A stretch of DNA of 64,000 nt. It comes from Bacteroidota bacterium (lineage in GTDB: Bacteria > Bacteroidota > Ignavibacteria > UBA10030 > UBA8401). Location: the NCBI GenBank assembly GCA_021796215.1, contig JAJYOK010000001.1, positions 6,934 to 70,933 of the forward strand, read 5' to 3'. Position numbers and translations under genes: made by a program. This document shows positions 1-11,100 of this stretch, one piece after another. Every line of letters begins with the position of its first letter. The stretch's first letter is position 1. A model generated the notes under the pieces. That model did not search any database and was not told the DNA's origin. It saw only the letters and a list, made by a program, of their open reading frames with translations.

Positions 1-1362
1 TATTCGGCAGATGAAATGATCGGCAAGGAGATGCGGGCGCTTTCTCCGCCGGAGCGTATGGATGAAGAAACGGAAATTCTTCGGAAGGTTTCACGCGGAG
101 AAAACATTGATCATTTTGAAACAGTGCGGGTGCGAAAGGACGGGACGCGCATCTATGTTTCGACCACGGTCTCGCCTATCAAAGATAGTGCTGGTGCAAT
201 TATCGGCGCTTCAAACATTACGCGGGATATCACCGGGAGGAAACAGGCTGAAGAAGATTTACGCAAAGCGGAGAACCGGTACAAGAGCACGCTCGATTCG
301 ATGATGGAAGGGAGTCAGATTATCGGTTTCGATTTCCGGTATCTCTACTTAAATGATATTGCCGCAGTGCAGGGCAGGATGAAGAAAGAAAGTTTGCTCG
401 GACGCACAATGATGGAAGTGTACCCCGGCATAGAAAACACTGAAATGTTCGCTCATCTCGCGGCGTGCATGAAAAACCGGACTCCGCACCACATGGAAAA
501 TGAATTTGCTTTTCCTGACGGGACGAGCAATTGGTTTAAGCTCAGTATGGAGCCTGTGCCGGAAGGTGTCTTTATCCTCTCGGCGGACATTACGAAAGAA
601 AAGCAGCTCGCTGAAGAGATCAAACAACATCGCGATCATTTGGAGGAGCTTGTTCGCGAGCGCACAACGCAATTGGAAACTGCCAACAAAGAGCTTGAAG
701 CGTTTTCCTATTCCGTTTCTCACGACTTGCGCGCGCCGCTCCGCCACATTGACGGCTTCGCCGATTTGTTAAACAAGCATGCAAGGGAATCGCTTGATGA
801 ACAAAGCCGCCGCTATCTCGCGATAATCTCGGAATCGGCAAAACACATGGGCGTTCTTATTGATGAGCTTTTAGTTTTTTCAAGAATGGGACGCGTAGAA
901 ATGCGCACAGTGAAACTTGCTCTTGAACCGCTGGTGAAAGAAATTATTGCAGAGATGGGTAATGATATTCAGGGAAGAGCTGTAGAATGGGAAATTGATC
1001 CGCTGCCGGAAATTCAAGGCGACCCTTCGATGCTTCGGCTTGTGCTGCAGAATCTGATCGGCAATGCAGTGAAGTACACACGACAACGCGATAAGGCGGT
1101 TATCCATATCGGGTCGAAAAAGGAAAACAAAGAGATCGTCTTTTTTATTCAGGATAACGGCGTAGGTTTTGATATGCAATATGTTGACAAGCTGTTCGGA
1201 GTGTTTCAGCGGCTTCATCGTTCGGAAGATTTTGAGGGGACAGGCGTCGGTTTGGCAAATGTTCGCCGCATTATCGAACGGCACGGTGGCAGAACGTGGG
1301 CTGTTGGTGAAATTGATAAAGGCGCGACCTTTTATTTTTCCCTTCCCGCACTTTTGTTATAG
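1..1362 (+). CDS. PAS-domain sensor histidine kinase (5' end lies outside window)
   Basis: Frame open from base 1; PAS/PAC motifs, H-box FSYSVSHDLRAPLR, N-box NLIGNAVKYT, G1 DNGVGFD, G2 GTGVGLA. Confidence 0.93.
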   Translation, partial: YSADEMIGKEMRALSPPERMDEETEILRKVSRGENIDHFETVRVRKDGTRIYVSTTVSPIKDSAGAIIGASNITRDITGRKQAEEDLRKAENRYKSTLDSMMEGSQIIGFDFRYLYLNDIAAVQGRMKKESLLGRTMMEVYPGIENTEMFAHLAACMKNRTPHHMENEFAFPDGTSNWFKLSMEPVPEGVFILSADITKEKQLAEEIKQHRDHLEELVRERTTQLETANKELEAFSYSVSHDLRAPLRHIDGFADLLNKHARESLDEQSRRYLAIISESAKHMGVLIDELLVFSRMGRVEMRTVKLALEPLVKEIIAEMGNDIQGRAVEWEIDPLPEIQGDPSMLRLVLQNLIGNAVKYTRQRDKAVIHIGSKKENKEIVFFIQDNGVGFDMQYVDKLFGVFQRLHRSEDFEGTGVGLANVRRIIERHGGRTWAVGEIDKGATFYFSLPALLL

Positions 1363-1439
1363 GATGGAGCGGCGCTTCATTCTGCCGTACGCAACATTCC
1401 TGCGTACCTGCCGTATTGTTTTAAAAAAAGGAATGACAT

Positions 1440-3710
1440 TTGAACTTTGTGCGCACGTTTTTATTTTCGCTCGGAATAATAACTGTCCTCAGCTTTGCAA
1501 CGCCAGCAAACGGACAGACCTCACAAAATCAGAAAAAATATGTCATTGATGCTTTAAAGATTGATGACGATATCAAGCTGACAGGAACGCTTTCCGACCC
1601 GCACTGGAAAATTGCTCCCACCGTACAATGTACTTTTGAGATTCAACCCGGCGAGAATACACCGGCGAAACAAAAAACATGGGTAAAAACCCTGTACAAT
1701 TCCCGGTACATTTATTTCGGATTCATCTGTGAAGATACGCATCCTTCGGAAATACGCGCTCATGTCACGGACCGGGACAATAATTTTGAAGACGATTTTG
1801 TTTTTGTCGGCATTGACACGTATGAAGACAACCAGCGCGGGTACGAGTTTGCCGTTAATCCATTCGGCATTCAATCTGATCTTTTGAGAACTCAGAACAA
1901 TGAAGACCCAAGCTGGGATGCCGTATGGTATTCAAAAGCTGCAATCAACAGCAAAGGCTACATTGTTGAAATTGCGATTCCGTTCCAAAGCCTCCATTTT
2001 CCTTCTGCCGAAACGCAGAACTGGTCGGTCATGTTTGTGCGAAATTATCCTCGTGACAGCCGGTATCAAAATTCATGGACGCCGGTTGACAGAAACGATC
2101 CTTGTATCATCTGCCAGTCTGGAACTCTGAAAGGACTGAAAGGATTGCAGGCGACAGGTTCAATCGAAGTGCTGCCGTACGCAATGGGATTCCAGGCAGG
2201 AAATCTGAACGACGCTGACGATCCGAATTCGGGTTTCGTCAACGGGAAAGTGAATGGGAGAGTCGGGGGAGGAATAAAATATGTTCCCAATCCGAGCTTG
2301 TCGGTAGAAGCAGTTGTGAATCCCGATTTCAGTCAGGTCGAGTCTGATGCAACGCAAGTTAGCGTCAATACGACATTTGCAATTTTTTATCCGGAGAAGC
2401 GGCCATTCTTCCTGAACGGAGCGGATCAGTTTACCACGCAAGTCACGGACTTTTATTCAAGGATGATTAACAATCCCCTCGCCGCCGCGAAGCTTATTGA
2501 AAAATCGCAGCATCTCACCATTGCATATCTTTCGGCGGAAGATAGAAATTCTCCGTTCATCGTACCGGGAGAAGAAGGAAGCTCGTTTGTCGAAAGTTCG
2601 CTTAAATCATTTTCAAATATACTCCGCGCGAAATATGATTTTGGCACACAGTCGTTCATCGGTGTTCTCGGGACGGCAAGAAATTTTTCCAATCCGCGCG
2701 AGTGGAAGACAAGTGCGCATAATTACACCGGCGGCATTGATTGGAATTTATTGTTCGGAGGCAATTATACATTTCTCGGGCAGGCTCTTCTTTCGGACAC
2801 AAAGGAGATTGCCGATACATCTCTTTTTTCAGACAACGGATTTTTCGGAAACACCCGCTTTACTAAAACGTTCGATGGAGAAACGTACGGAGGAACCGGC
2901 GTATATGCGCAGTTCCGGCGTGATGCGCGGAAGTACAGTTTTCAATTAAAGTATCAAGACCTTTCGCCGACATTTCAGGCGCAGAGCGGTTTCATCACTG
3001 GAAATAACTTTCGGCTTATCAGTTTCTCAAACTCCTATGCTTTTTACCCGGTCAATGAACTGATTGACAATGGCAATGTTTTTGCCGATGGAAATGTGCA
3101 ATTCAATTATGATAATGTGCGTAAGGACCGCTGGGCAACCGTAGGACTATTTTTACAAATGAAAAGTCAGACAAGCGTGACGATACAATATCTTCCGTAC
3201 AATGAGGAACTATTTCATGGCGTGAGATTTTCAGGAATCAATCGCGGCGAAGTACAGATCAATTCTTCTCCGACGAGCTCGGTTCAGATATCGGCAGATG
3301 CCCAAATTGGAAGGTTCATCTATCGTGCCGATAATCCATCGCTTGGAACGGGGCATGTTCTTTCATTGAATCTCACGCTGAAGCCGGCCTCGAAGCTGGA
3401 ACTTGATTTATCGTATGCCCGTTCACGTCTGTCGGATTTTTTCAGTGACACGCTTTTTTACGATGGCTATATCGCGCGGTGCACAGGAATTTATCAATTT
3501 ACGAACGATATATTCGTCCGGTTGATTACGCAATATGACAAGTTCAACAAAGTGATTGAAGCGGACCCGCTCTTCAGTTACAAACTGAATCCGTTCACAA
3601 TTTTCTACGCAGGCTCCACGCACAGTCTCACCGATTTCGGCAGCCAGTTCGGCATCAGGCAAACGGCGCGGCAATTCTTCATTAAGCTGCAATATCTTTG
3701 GAGAGAATAA
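1440..3710 (+). CDS. DUF5916 / CBM9-like domain outer-membrane protein
   Basis: Signal peptide; N-terminal sugar-binding-like domain; NPDFSQVESD and FYPEKRPFF motifs; beta-barrel-like C-terminus ending KLQYLW. Confidence 0.8.
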   Translation: MNFVRTFLFSLGIITVLSFATPANGQTSQNQKKYVIDALKIDDDIKLTGTLSDPHWKIAPTVQCTFEIQPGENTPAKQKTWVKTLYNSRYIYFGFICEDTHPSEIRAHVTDRDNNFEDDFVFVGIDTYEDNQRGYEFAVNPFGIQSDLLRTQNNEDPSWDAVWYSKAAINSKGYIVEIAIPFQSLHFPSAETQNWSVMFVRNYPRDSRYQNSWTPVDRNDPCIICQSGTLKGLKGLQATGSIEVLPYAMGFQAGNLNDADDPNSGFVNGKVNGRVGGGIKYVPNPSLSVEAVVNPDFSQVESDATQVSVNTTFAIFYPEKRPFFLNGADQFTTQVTDFYSRMINNPLAAAKLIEKSQHLTIAYLSAEDRNSPFIVPGEEGSSFVESSLKSFSNILRAKYDFGTQSFIGVLGTARNFSNPREWKTSAHNYTGGIDWNLLFGGNYTFLGQALLSDTKEIADTSLFSDNGFFGNTRFTKTFDGETYGGTGVYAQFRRDARKYSFQLKYQDLSPTFQAQSGFITGNNFRLISFSNSYAFYPVNELIDNGNVFADGNVQFNYDNVRKDRWATVGLFLQMKSQTSVTIQYLPYNEELFHGVRFSGINRGEVQINSSPTSSVQISADAQIGRFIYRADNPSLGTGHVLSLNLTLKPASKLELDLSYARSRLSDFFSDTLFYDGYIARCTGIYQFTNDIFVRLITQYDKFNKVIEADPLFSYKLNPFTIFYAGSTHSLTDFGSQFGIRQTARQFFIKLQYLWRE

Positions 3711-3863
3711 CAGTGCCGGGGTTAAGGCGTCAAAACTGAGACACCATTGACAGAACCCTTCTCTTGACTTTCCTGCGTATCGTTCCCACATTGTTTTAAT
3801 TGTCATCGGACGAGATTGTTGATGGCAACGCTGACGGAAACTATTGTTGCGTTGGGTACCACT

Positions 3864-4607
3864 ATGAATGATATTCACGACAAAAAAATAATTCTCCTTT
3901 TCATATGCGGTTTCTTATTTGCTTTGTCTGCTTTCACCGGATGCGCGGAACAATCGGTCACGTACACCGAGCCGTTGCACTGTCCCGACTTTCCCGTTAT
4001 TCACAGCGGTGAAGCAACATTCTATTTTCCCGGAACCGGTCCTGACAGCGCGGGAAGCTGCGGTTTTGTTTTGTCGTCTGCGGATACGCTCGTCGGCGCG
4101 ATGAATCTTGTTGACTATGAAAATTCGAAAATGTGCGGCGCGTGCGTTGGTATAACCGGACCGAAAGGCACTGTCGTTGTGAAAATTGTTGATCTTTGTC
4201 CTGAATGCCCGGAGGGAAATATTGATTTGAGTCCGCAGGCGTTTGCACAAATTGCCGACACTATTCTCGGCAGGGTTCCCATTCAATGGCAGCTGCTTGC
4301 GAGCGACGTGAACGGACCGATTGTGTACCACTTTAAAAGCGGAAGCAGTCAATGGTGGACTGCAGTGCAAATCCGCAATCATCGCTATCCGATTTTCAGT
4401 CTTGAATATTTAACGCCCCAACATACTTTTCAACAAATAAACCGGACAGACTATAATTATTTTGTGGTAAACGGCGGCATTGGGCCGGGACCGTACACAT
4501 TTCGTGTCACAGATATTTACGGTCACGGACTTGTTGACAGCGCGGTTGTGTTTGATACAACGAACGATGTTGCAGGGCACGGACAATTTCCACTCTGCGG
4601 TCATTAA
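3864..4607 (+). CDS. Bacterial expansin-like lipoprotein (EXLX1/YoaJ type)
   Basis: Lipobox LSAFTGC; DPBB motifs GSCG, CGAC, DLCPEC, NIDLS; CBM63-like domain GSSQWWTAVQIRNH...RTDYNYF...GPYTFRVTD; ORF track start 3816, ATG 3864 preferred. Confidence 0.88.
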   Translation: MNDIHDKKIILLFICGFLFALSAFTGCAEQSVTYTEPLHCPDFPVIHSGEATFYFPGTGPDSAGSCGFVLSSADTLVGAMNLVDYENSKMCGACVGITGPKGTVVVKIVDLCPECPEGNIDLSPQAFAQIADTILGRVPIQWQLLASDVNGPIVYHFKSGSSQWWTAVQIRNHRYPIFSLEYLTPQHTFQQINRTDYNYFVVNGGIGPGPYTFRVTDIYGHGLVDSAVVFDTTNDVAGHGQFPLCGH

Positions 4608-4690
4608 GAAAAAATTTCACTTGACTTTCAATTTCGCCCTTCACAAATTGCCCAATCCAAAATACCACAACCAAAAGGATTGAATGTACA

Positions 4691-5302
4691 ATGGGAAAAA
4701 GAGATAAGCGGGTAGATACCTATATTGCAAAATCGGCAGATTTTGCCAAACCAATTTTATCTCATCTTCGGGAAGTTGTTCATAAAGGATGTCCCGAGGT
4801 GGAAGAAACGATTAAATGGGGGTTTCCGAACTTTGTGTACAAAGGAATGCTCTGTAATATGGCGGCGTTCAAACAGCATTGCTCGTTCGGTTTCTGGAAG
4901 GCGCCATTGATGAAAGACAAAGCACTGATGGGAAATGCGAAATCTGAAAACGCCATGAGACATTTTGGAAGAATAACATCGCTTGCCGATCTTCCTTCTC
5001 AAAAAGTTTTATTGCACTACATTAAAGAAGCAACGCAATTGAATGAGAGCGGTGCAAAACTTCCTCCCAAAATGAAATCCGAAAAGAAAGAATTAAAAAT
5101 TCCCGATTATTTCAAAAAGGCGCTGAGCAAAAACAAGAAAGCATTGAAGACATTCGAAAGCTTCAGCTATTCCAATAAAAAAGAGTATGTTGAGTGGATA
5201 ACGGAAGCAAAGAGCGAGGAAACACGAGACTCCCGACTGCAAACTGCAATCGAATGGATTGCAGAAGGCAAAGTGCAGAATTGGAAGTACATTAAGATAT
5301 GA
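4691..5302 (+). CDS. YdeI/OmpD-associated (DUF1801) family protein
   Basis: EETIKWGFP, AAFKQHCSFGFW, KEYVEWITEAK..ETR..RL motifs. Confidence 0.88.
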   Translation: MGKRDKRVDTYIAKSADFAKPILSHLREVVHKGCPEVEETIKWGFPNFVYKGMLCNMAAFKQHCSFGFWKAPLMKDKALMGNAKSENAMRHFGRITSLADLPSQKVLLHYIKEATQLNESGAKLPPKMKSEKKELKIPDYFKKALSKNKKALKTFESFSYSNKKEYVEWITEAKSEETRDSRLQTAIEWIAEGKVQNWKYIKI

Positions 5303-5309
5303 GCATTCT

Positions 5310-5381
5310 CACGCAAAGGTACTAAGCCTCAATGAGTTTAATAATTGCTCAGAAACTTTGCGCCATAGCGTCTTTGCGGTT
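5310..5381. repeat. Octamer-periodic inverted-repeat element (CGCAAAGG / CTTTGCGY family)
   Basis: cgcaaagg-tactaagc-ctcaatga ... ctttgcgc-catagcgt-ctttgcgg between convergent genes. Confidence 0.6.
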
Positions 5382-5387
5382 AATTAG

Positions 5388-6233
5388 CTATTGCATTGAA
5401 GAGGATAGCGGTTGTGCCAGCTTCACCTTCAGCCAAAAATCAATCGGCTTTGGCCGCTCGCCGGTTTGCTGACCGTCTCTGCCTCCCCCGTCTCTTTTAA
5501 ATCCGCCGCGTCCTCCTCCGAATCCACCTCTTCCGCCTCCTTCGCCGCCGGGGAATCGTCCGCCGCTTTCACTACGTGGTTGAAATTTTCCAGTTTCAAA
5601 TCCAACGCCGATTGTTTTTTTCGTTGCGTTAATTGCGTACGGAGTTTCCTCCGAAGTGTGAAGCGGTACTTTCATTTCGTAAATAAGATAGTCCTGATAA
5701 TTTTTGATGTACAACTCAATCCCTTTCGCTTCAACCGACGTAAGTTGAATCGGACCGCTTTTCCTTTTGTCAATAATCTCAAGCTGGCTTTCCATTTCCC
5801 GCATCATCTTTTCTCTCTCTTCGGTATTTCCTTCTTGACCTTCTTGCGGCGGTTGAAATTCTCCACGTCCCGCCCGCCCTAACGGAAAATGAATCCCAAA
5901 TGTTTTATCGTCGCCGCCAGCCGGATCGAACCAAACGGTGAAACCTAAACCGAAAAACTGGAACGATTGCTGGCGTGAAGTCGTCTTGAAGATCAGGTAC
6001 ACATCACTGCTGTCGTTGCGAATGCCGACGCTGAACTGCTCATCGGGAAAATAAAATGTGCTGTCATGCCAATCGTTTTCTTTTCCATCAACAGCAATTT
6101 CATGATTATCCCAAGCGCTTCGCACAAGCGTGGTGCTGGAGCAGCCCGAGAAAAAAAGAAGAGCAGAAGTGAAGAAGTTAAAGAAAATGAGTGAGCGCAT
6201 GATGCCGTTCCTTCTAATGTTTGAATAATGCAA
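5388..6233 (-). CDS. Hypothetical lipoprotein with Gly/Arg-rich C-terminal segment
   Basis: 281-aa ORF; lipobox LFFSGC; GGRGGFGGGRGG tract; true start probably the downstream MRSLIFF. Confidence 0.7.
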   Translation of the reverse strand: MHYSNIRRNGIMRSLIFFNFFTSALLFFSGCSSTTLVRSAWDNHEIAVDGKENDWHDSTFYFPDEQFSVGIRNDSSDVYLIFKTTSRQQSFQFFGLGFTVWFDPAGGDDKTFGIHFPLGRAGRGEFQPPQEGQEGNTEEREKMMREMESQLEIIDKRKSGPIQLTSVEAKGIELYIKNYQDYLIYEMKVPLHTSEETPYAINATKKTIGVGFETGKFQPRSESGGRFPGGEGGGRGGFGGGRGGFKRDGGGRDGQQTGERPKPIDFWLKVKLAQPLSSSMQ

Positions 6234-6399
6234 TTAAATATTCTTTGATGGATATTGACATAGAAAGTTTAATCGAACCTTATTTATATTTTCGCTGTTG
6301 AGTTATGTCAAGATTTTCTGTAGAATAAAGACACAACAATCCATTGCAACTTTGCGTCATTGCGATGCATAGCTAAAAACATAACTGCAAGGAGTTCTT

Positions 6400-7935
6400 A
6401 TGAAACATCGCTTAACAGTTCTTTTCATCCTCTTTATCTTCTCATCGTCTCTCTCGCTTCTCGCCGCAGAAAAATCAAAACAAACAAGTGACAGCGCAGC
6501 CGCAGTTATCGAAGAGCCGCCGGTTGTCACACATCATCAGATGATGGTTGACGGAAAACCGCTGAAGTACACCGCGACCACGGGCTACATGGTAATGGAA
6601 GATGAGAACGGGAAAGCGAAGGCGAAAATTTTTTTCATCGCCTACACAAAAGACGGCGTCACCGATCCGGCTAAGCGTCCGATTTGCTTTACATTCAACG
6701 GCGGACCGGGATCATCTTCCGTGTGGCTTCATCTCGGTGCGCTCGGGCCCAAGCGCGTTTTGTTGAAAGATGACGGCGAACCGCTTGCGCCGCCGTACAA
6801 ACTTGTAGACAATGAGTACACATGGCTTGATCAAACCGATCTCGTCTTCATTGATCCTGTTGAAACAGGGTACAGCCGCCCCGCACCAGGCGAAGACAAA
6901 AAGCAATTCACCGGATACAACGAAGATATTCATTCTGTCGGCGAATTTATCCGGCTTTACACAACACGTTACGAGCGGTGGGCTTCGCCGAAATTTCTTG
7001 CCGGAGAAAGCTACGGCACAACACGAGCTGCCGGGCTTTCCGGATATTTGGAAGATCGGTACGGAATGTATCTCAACGGCATTTGTCTTGTGTCGGCAAT
7101 TCTGAATTTTCAGACGGCGGAATTCGCCACCGGCAACGATCTTCCTTACATTTTGTTCCTTCCTTCATACACAGCAACAGCGTGGTATCACAAAAAGCTT
7201 TCGCCGGACTTGGAACAAAATATGCAGAAGGCACTCGACGAGTCGAAACAGTTTGCGCTCGGAGAATATGCTTCTGCTCTGATGCAGGGAGACCAGCTTC
7301 CGAAAGAAGAAGAACAGAAAATTGTGCAGGAACTTTCACGTCTTACCGGACTTTCGCAGCAGTACATTGAAGAAACAAATCTTCGCGTCAACATTTTTCG
7401 GTTCTGTAAAGAGCTGGAGCGGAGTGAGCGCAAGACCGTTGGCAGATATGACAGCCGTTTTGAAGGCATTGACCGCGACGCCGCCGGAGAAACGCCCGAT
7501 TACGATCCGAGTTACGATGCCGGAGTGTATGCGCCGTTCACTGCAACGATCAACGATTATCTGCGGAGAGAGCTGAACTACAAGAACGATATTCCGTATG
7601 AAATTCTGACCGGACGAGTGCAGCCATGGAACTTCAATAACGTGCAGAACGAATATCTGAACGTCGCCGAAACGCTGCGGGATGCGATGACCAAAAATAA
7701 ATTTATGAAGGTGTGGATTGCGAACGGCTATTTCGATCTTGCAACGCCGTTTCTCGCAACGCAGTACACCATCAACACCATGCAGCTCGATCCTTCCGTA
7801 CGGAAAAATATTACGCTCACGTATTACGAGTCCGGACACATGGTGTATATCAACAAACCGTCGCTGGCTCAATTGAAGAAAGATTTTGTGACGTTCCTTG
7901 ATTCGGCATTGCCGGCGCACGATGAAACAAAATGA
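6400..7935 (+). CDS. Serine carboxypeptidase, peptidase S10 family
   Basis: RBS aggag; signal peptide; FNGGPGSSS, GESYG nucleophile motif, GYFDLATP, SGHM. Confidence 0.93.
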   Translation: MKHRLTVLFILFIFSSSLSLLAAEKSKQTSDSAAAVIEEPPVVTHHQMMVDGKPLKYTATTGYMVMEDENGKAKAKIFFIAYTKDGVTDPAKRPICFTFNGGPGSSSVWLHLGALGPKRVLLKDDGEPLAPPYKLVDNEYTWLDQTDLVFIDPVETGYSRPAPGEDKKQFTGYNEDIHSVGEFIRLYTTRYERWASPKFLAGESYGTTRAAGLSGYLEDRYGMYLNGICLVSAILNFQTAEFATGNDLPYILFLPSYTATAWYHKKLSPDLEQNMQKALDESKQFALGEYASALMQGDQLPKEEEQKIVQELSRLTGLSQQYIEETNLRVNIFRFCKELERSERKTVGRYDSRFEGIDRDAAGETPDYDPSYDAGVYAPFTATINDYLRRELNYKNDIPYEILTGRVQPWNFNNVQNEYLNVAETLRDAMTKNKFMKVWIANGYFDLATPFLATQYTINTMQLDPSVRKNITLTYYESGHMVYINKPSLAQLKKDFVTFLDSALPAHDETK

Positions 7936-7937
7936 TA

Positions 7938-8039
7938 GCCATTCCTGAACGTTTTTATCGGGAATCTAATTATCAAAATTAAGTCGATAAAGTTGGATTC
8001 CCACTTTCCTGCCTACCGCAGGCAGGCGCGGGAATGACG
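7938..8039. repeat. REP-like doublet (ATTCC...GGGAAT family) with nested CCTGCCT/AGGCAGG palindrome
   Basis: cattcctga...tcgggaat at left; ggattcccacttt[cctgcctaccgcaggcagg]cgcgggaatgac at right. Confidence 0.65.
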
Positions 8040-8114
8040 ATACTCTGCTGCAGGTAGCAAAAAACCATTTTATGTTATTCCAGTAATTTCACATTGATTT
8101 TTTTGAGGTGATGC

Positions 8115-11100
8115 ATGTTTAAATTCCGACAATTTCTGTTCACAATTTTTTCGCTTGCAGTTTTTTTCTTTCTTGCAATTGCGCAGGAGTTCAATCCGAA
8201 CCTGTATCAAGATATGTGCTGGAGAATGATCGGTCCGTTTCGCGGCGGAAGAACTGTCGGCGCGGCCGGCGTTTCGCAGCAGCCGAATGTGTTTTACATC
8301 GGCGTGAACAACGGCGGGGTGTGGAAGACAAATGACTACGGGCGAACGTGGAAGCCGATCTTCGACAGCGAACCAACCGGTTCCATCGGCACCATTGCAG
8401 TAGCTCCATCGGATCCAAATATCATTTTTGTCGGAAGCGGCGAAGGATTACACCGTCCTGATCTGTCTGTCGGCGATGGCATTTATAAATCCACCGATGC
8501 AGGAAAAACATGGATTCATCTTGGCTTGAGAGACGGACAGCAAATTCCGAAAATTGCCATTGATCAGAAAAATCCTGACCGCATTTTTGCAGCCGTGCTC
8601 GGCCATCCGTACGGACCGAATAAAGAACGTGGAATTTATCGTTCGCTCGACGGAGGAAAAACGTTCGAACAAGTTCTATACAAAGATGTAAACACCGGCG
8701 GCGATGATGTCGCAATTGATCCTTCCGACCCAAACATTGTGTACGCAACGCTGTGGGAAGACCGCGAAGGTCCGTGGGAAAACGGATCATGGAACGGAAC
8801 GAACGGAGGAATTTTCAAATCAACGGACGGCGGAACAACGTGGCGCAAACTTACAAACGGATTGACCGACAGCTTGGTGCAGGCGCACATTGCAATAGCA
8901 CCGAACAATTCCAATATCGTTTACACTGTCATTGCGACGACCAAGGGGAACAACTACGGCACGGGAACAGGAATGGGATTGTACCGTTCCGACGACAAAG
9001 GGGAACATTGGCAAAAAATTTCAAATGACGGCAGAGCCGAAGCGCGTATTGGCGGAGGCGATTTACCGGAGCTTGCAGTTGATCCGAATAATTCGGAAAC
9101 GTTATTCAGCACAAGCATCTCACTTTGGAAATCAACCGACGGCGGAAAAAACTGGAAAGCAATTCGTGGCGCGCCGGGAGGAGACGATTATCAAAATATC
9201 TGGATCAACCCGAACAACCCCGATATTATGCTTGTCACCGCAGACCAGGGAGCGATCATCACCGTGAATGGAGGCGAAACGTGGAGCTCGTGGTACAATC
9301 AACCGACGGCGCAGCTTTATCATGTCGCCGCCGACAATCAGTTTCCGTACAATGTGTACGGCGGACAGCAGGAAAGCGGCTCGGTCGGAATTGCAAGCCG
9401 AGGCAACGACGGCGAGATCACGTTTCGCGAGTGGCATTCTGTTGCGGCGGAAGAATACGCGTACATAGCACCCGACCCGCTTCATCCGAACATTATCTAC
9501 GGCGGAAAAGTAAGCAAATACGACCGCACCACTGGTCAGGTGCAGAACGTTGCGCCGGAAGCGGTACGGTCGGGCAAGTACCGTTTCATCCGAACAATGC
9601 CGATTCTCTTTTCTCCTGTTGACCCGCATATTTTATTTCTCGCGTCAAATGTGCTTTTCAAAACAACGAGCGGCGGAGACAGATGGGAAATTATCAGTCC
9701 TGATCTTTCGCGCGAAAAGCCGAAGGTGCCGGAGAGCGTTGGAATTTTTCACACCGCGCAGCTCGATTCGATGGCGCGGCGCGGAGTCATTTATGCCGTT
9801 GCTCCTTCCAGCAAAGATGTTAATGTGATCTGGGCAGGAACTGATGACGGGCTTGTTCATGTAACATGGGATGGTGGTAAAAAGTGGGACGATGTTACTC
9901 CGAATGAACTTTCATCATGGAGCAAGATTGCACAGATTGACGCCGGACATTTCGACACGCAAACCGCGTACATCGCCGTCAATCGTTTACGTCTCGACGA
10001 TATGCGTCCGCACATTTACCGCACGCACGACGGCGGCAAAACGTGGAAGGAAATTGTACATGGCTTGCCGGACAACGGACCGGTGAACACTGTGCGCGAA
10101 GATCCTGAACGCAAAGGATTGCTTTTTGCCGGGACGGAGCTAGCCGTCTACGTTTCGTTCAACGACGGCGGCGAGTGGCAGCCGCTTCGTCTCAACATGC
10201 CCGCAACTTCCATCCGTGATTTGGTGATTCACGAAAATGATCTTGTAGCGGCTACACACGGCCGCTCGTTCTGGATTCTCGATGATATTACTCCGCTTCG
10301 TCAGATAAATGGAGCCTCCGCACAAGCAAATGCGTTTCTCTTCAAACCTGAAGATGCATACCGCGTGCGATGGGATATGAACACCGACACACCGCTTCCG
10401 CCGGATGAGCCAGCCGGGAAAAACCCGCCGGACGGCGCGATTATTGATTATTCTCTGATGAACGACGCAAAAGAAATTTCGCTCGAAATTTTCGACAGCG
10501 AGGGAAAGCTAGTGAGGAAGTTTTCAAGCAACGATACTGAGAAATCCCAAGGGGATGTTCCAATTGATACGACAACATTGCCTCATCCGACGTACTGGAT
10601 CCGTCCGCCGCAGATTCTTTCTGCGAAATCGGGAATGCAGCGTTTCGTGTGGGATTTGCATTTTGCACCACCGGAAGGAATACCGCGTTCGTACCCGATC
10701 GCCGCGGTTTATCATGACACACCGGGCAGGCCGGTGGGACCGTGGGTGCAGCCCGGTGAATACCTTGTGAAACTCACGGTTGACGGAAAAACATATTCAC
10801 AACCGCTGACGGTAAAAATGGATCCGCGTGTGAAAACAACTCCGGCAGAACTTCATGAACAGTACACGCTTTCAATGAAATGTTATTCCGGGTTAAATCA
10901 ATTATATGCGGCGATAGAAAAAATTCGCTCGCTTCGTCAGCAGGTAAAAACGATACTTGCCCAAGTGAAAGATGAAAATACGAAGAAATCTCAACCTGAG
11001 GCTGATGCGCTTTTGACGCAACTGACGATGCTTTTGAGCCGCGCCGCCGCATTGGAGGGAGGCGAAGCGGAAGGAGATATTGACGTCGTCTATTCCAGTG

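Noticed and set aside
1-1362. Histidine kinase without a response regulator
   Set aside because: The gene is cut by the window edge; a partner may lie upstream
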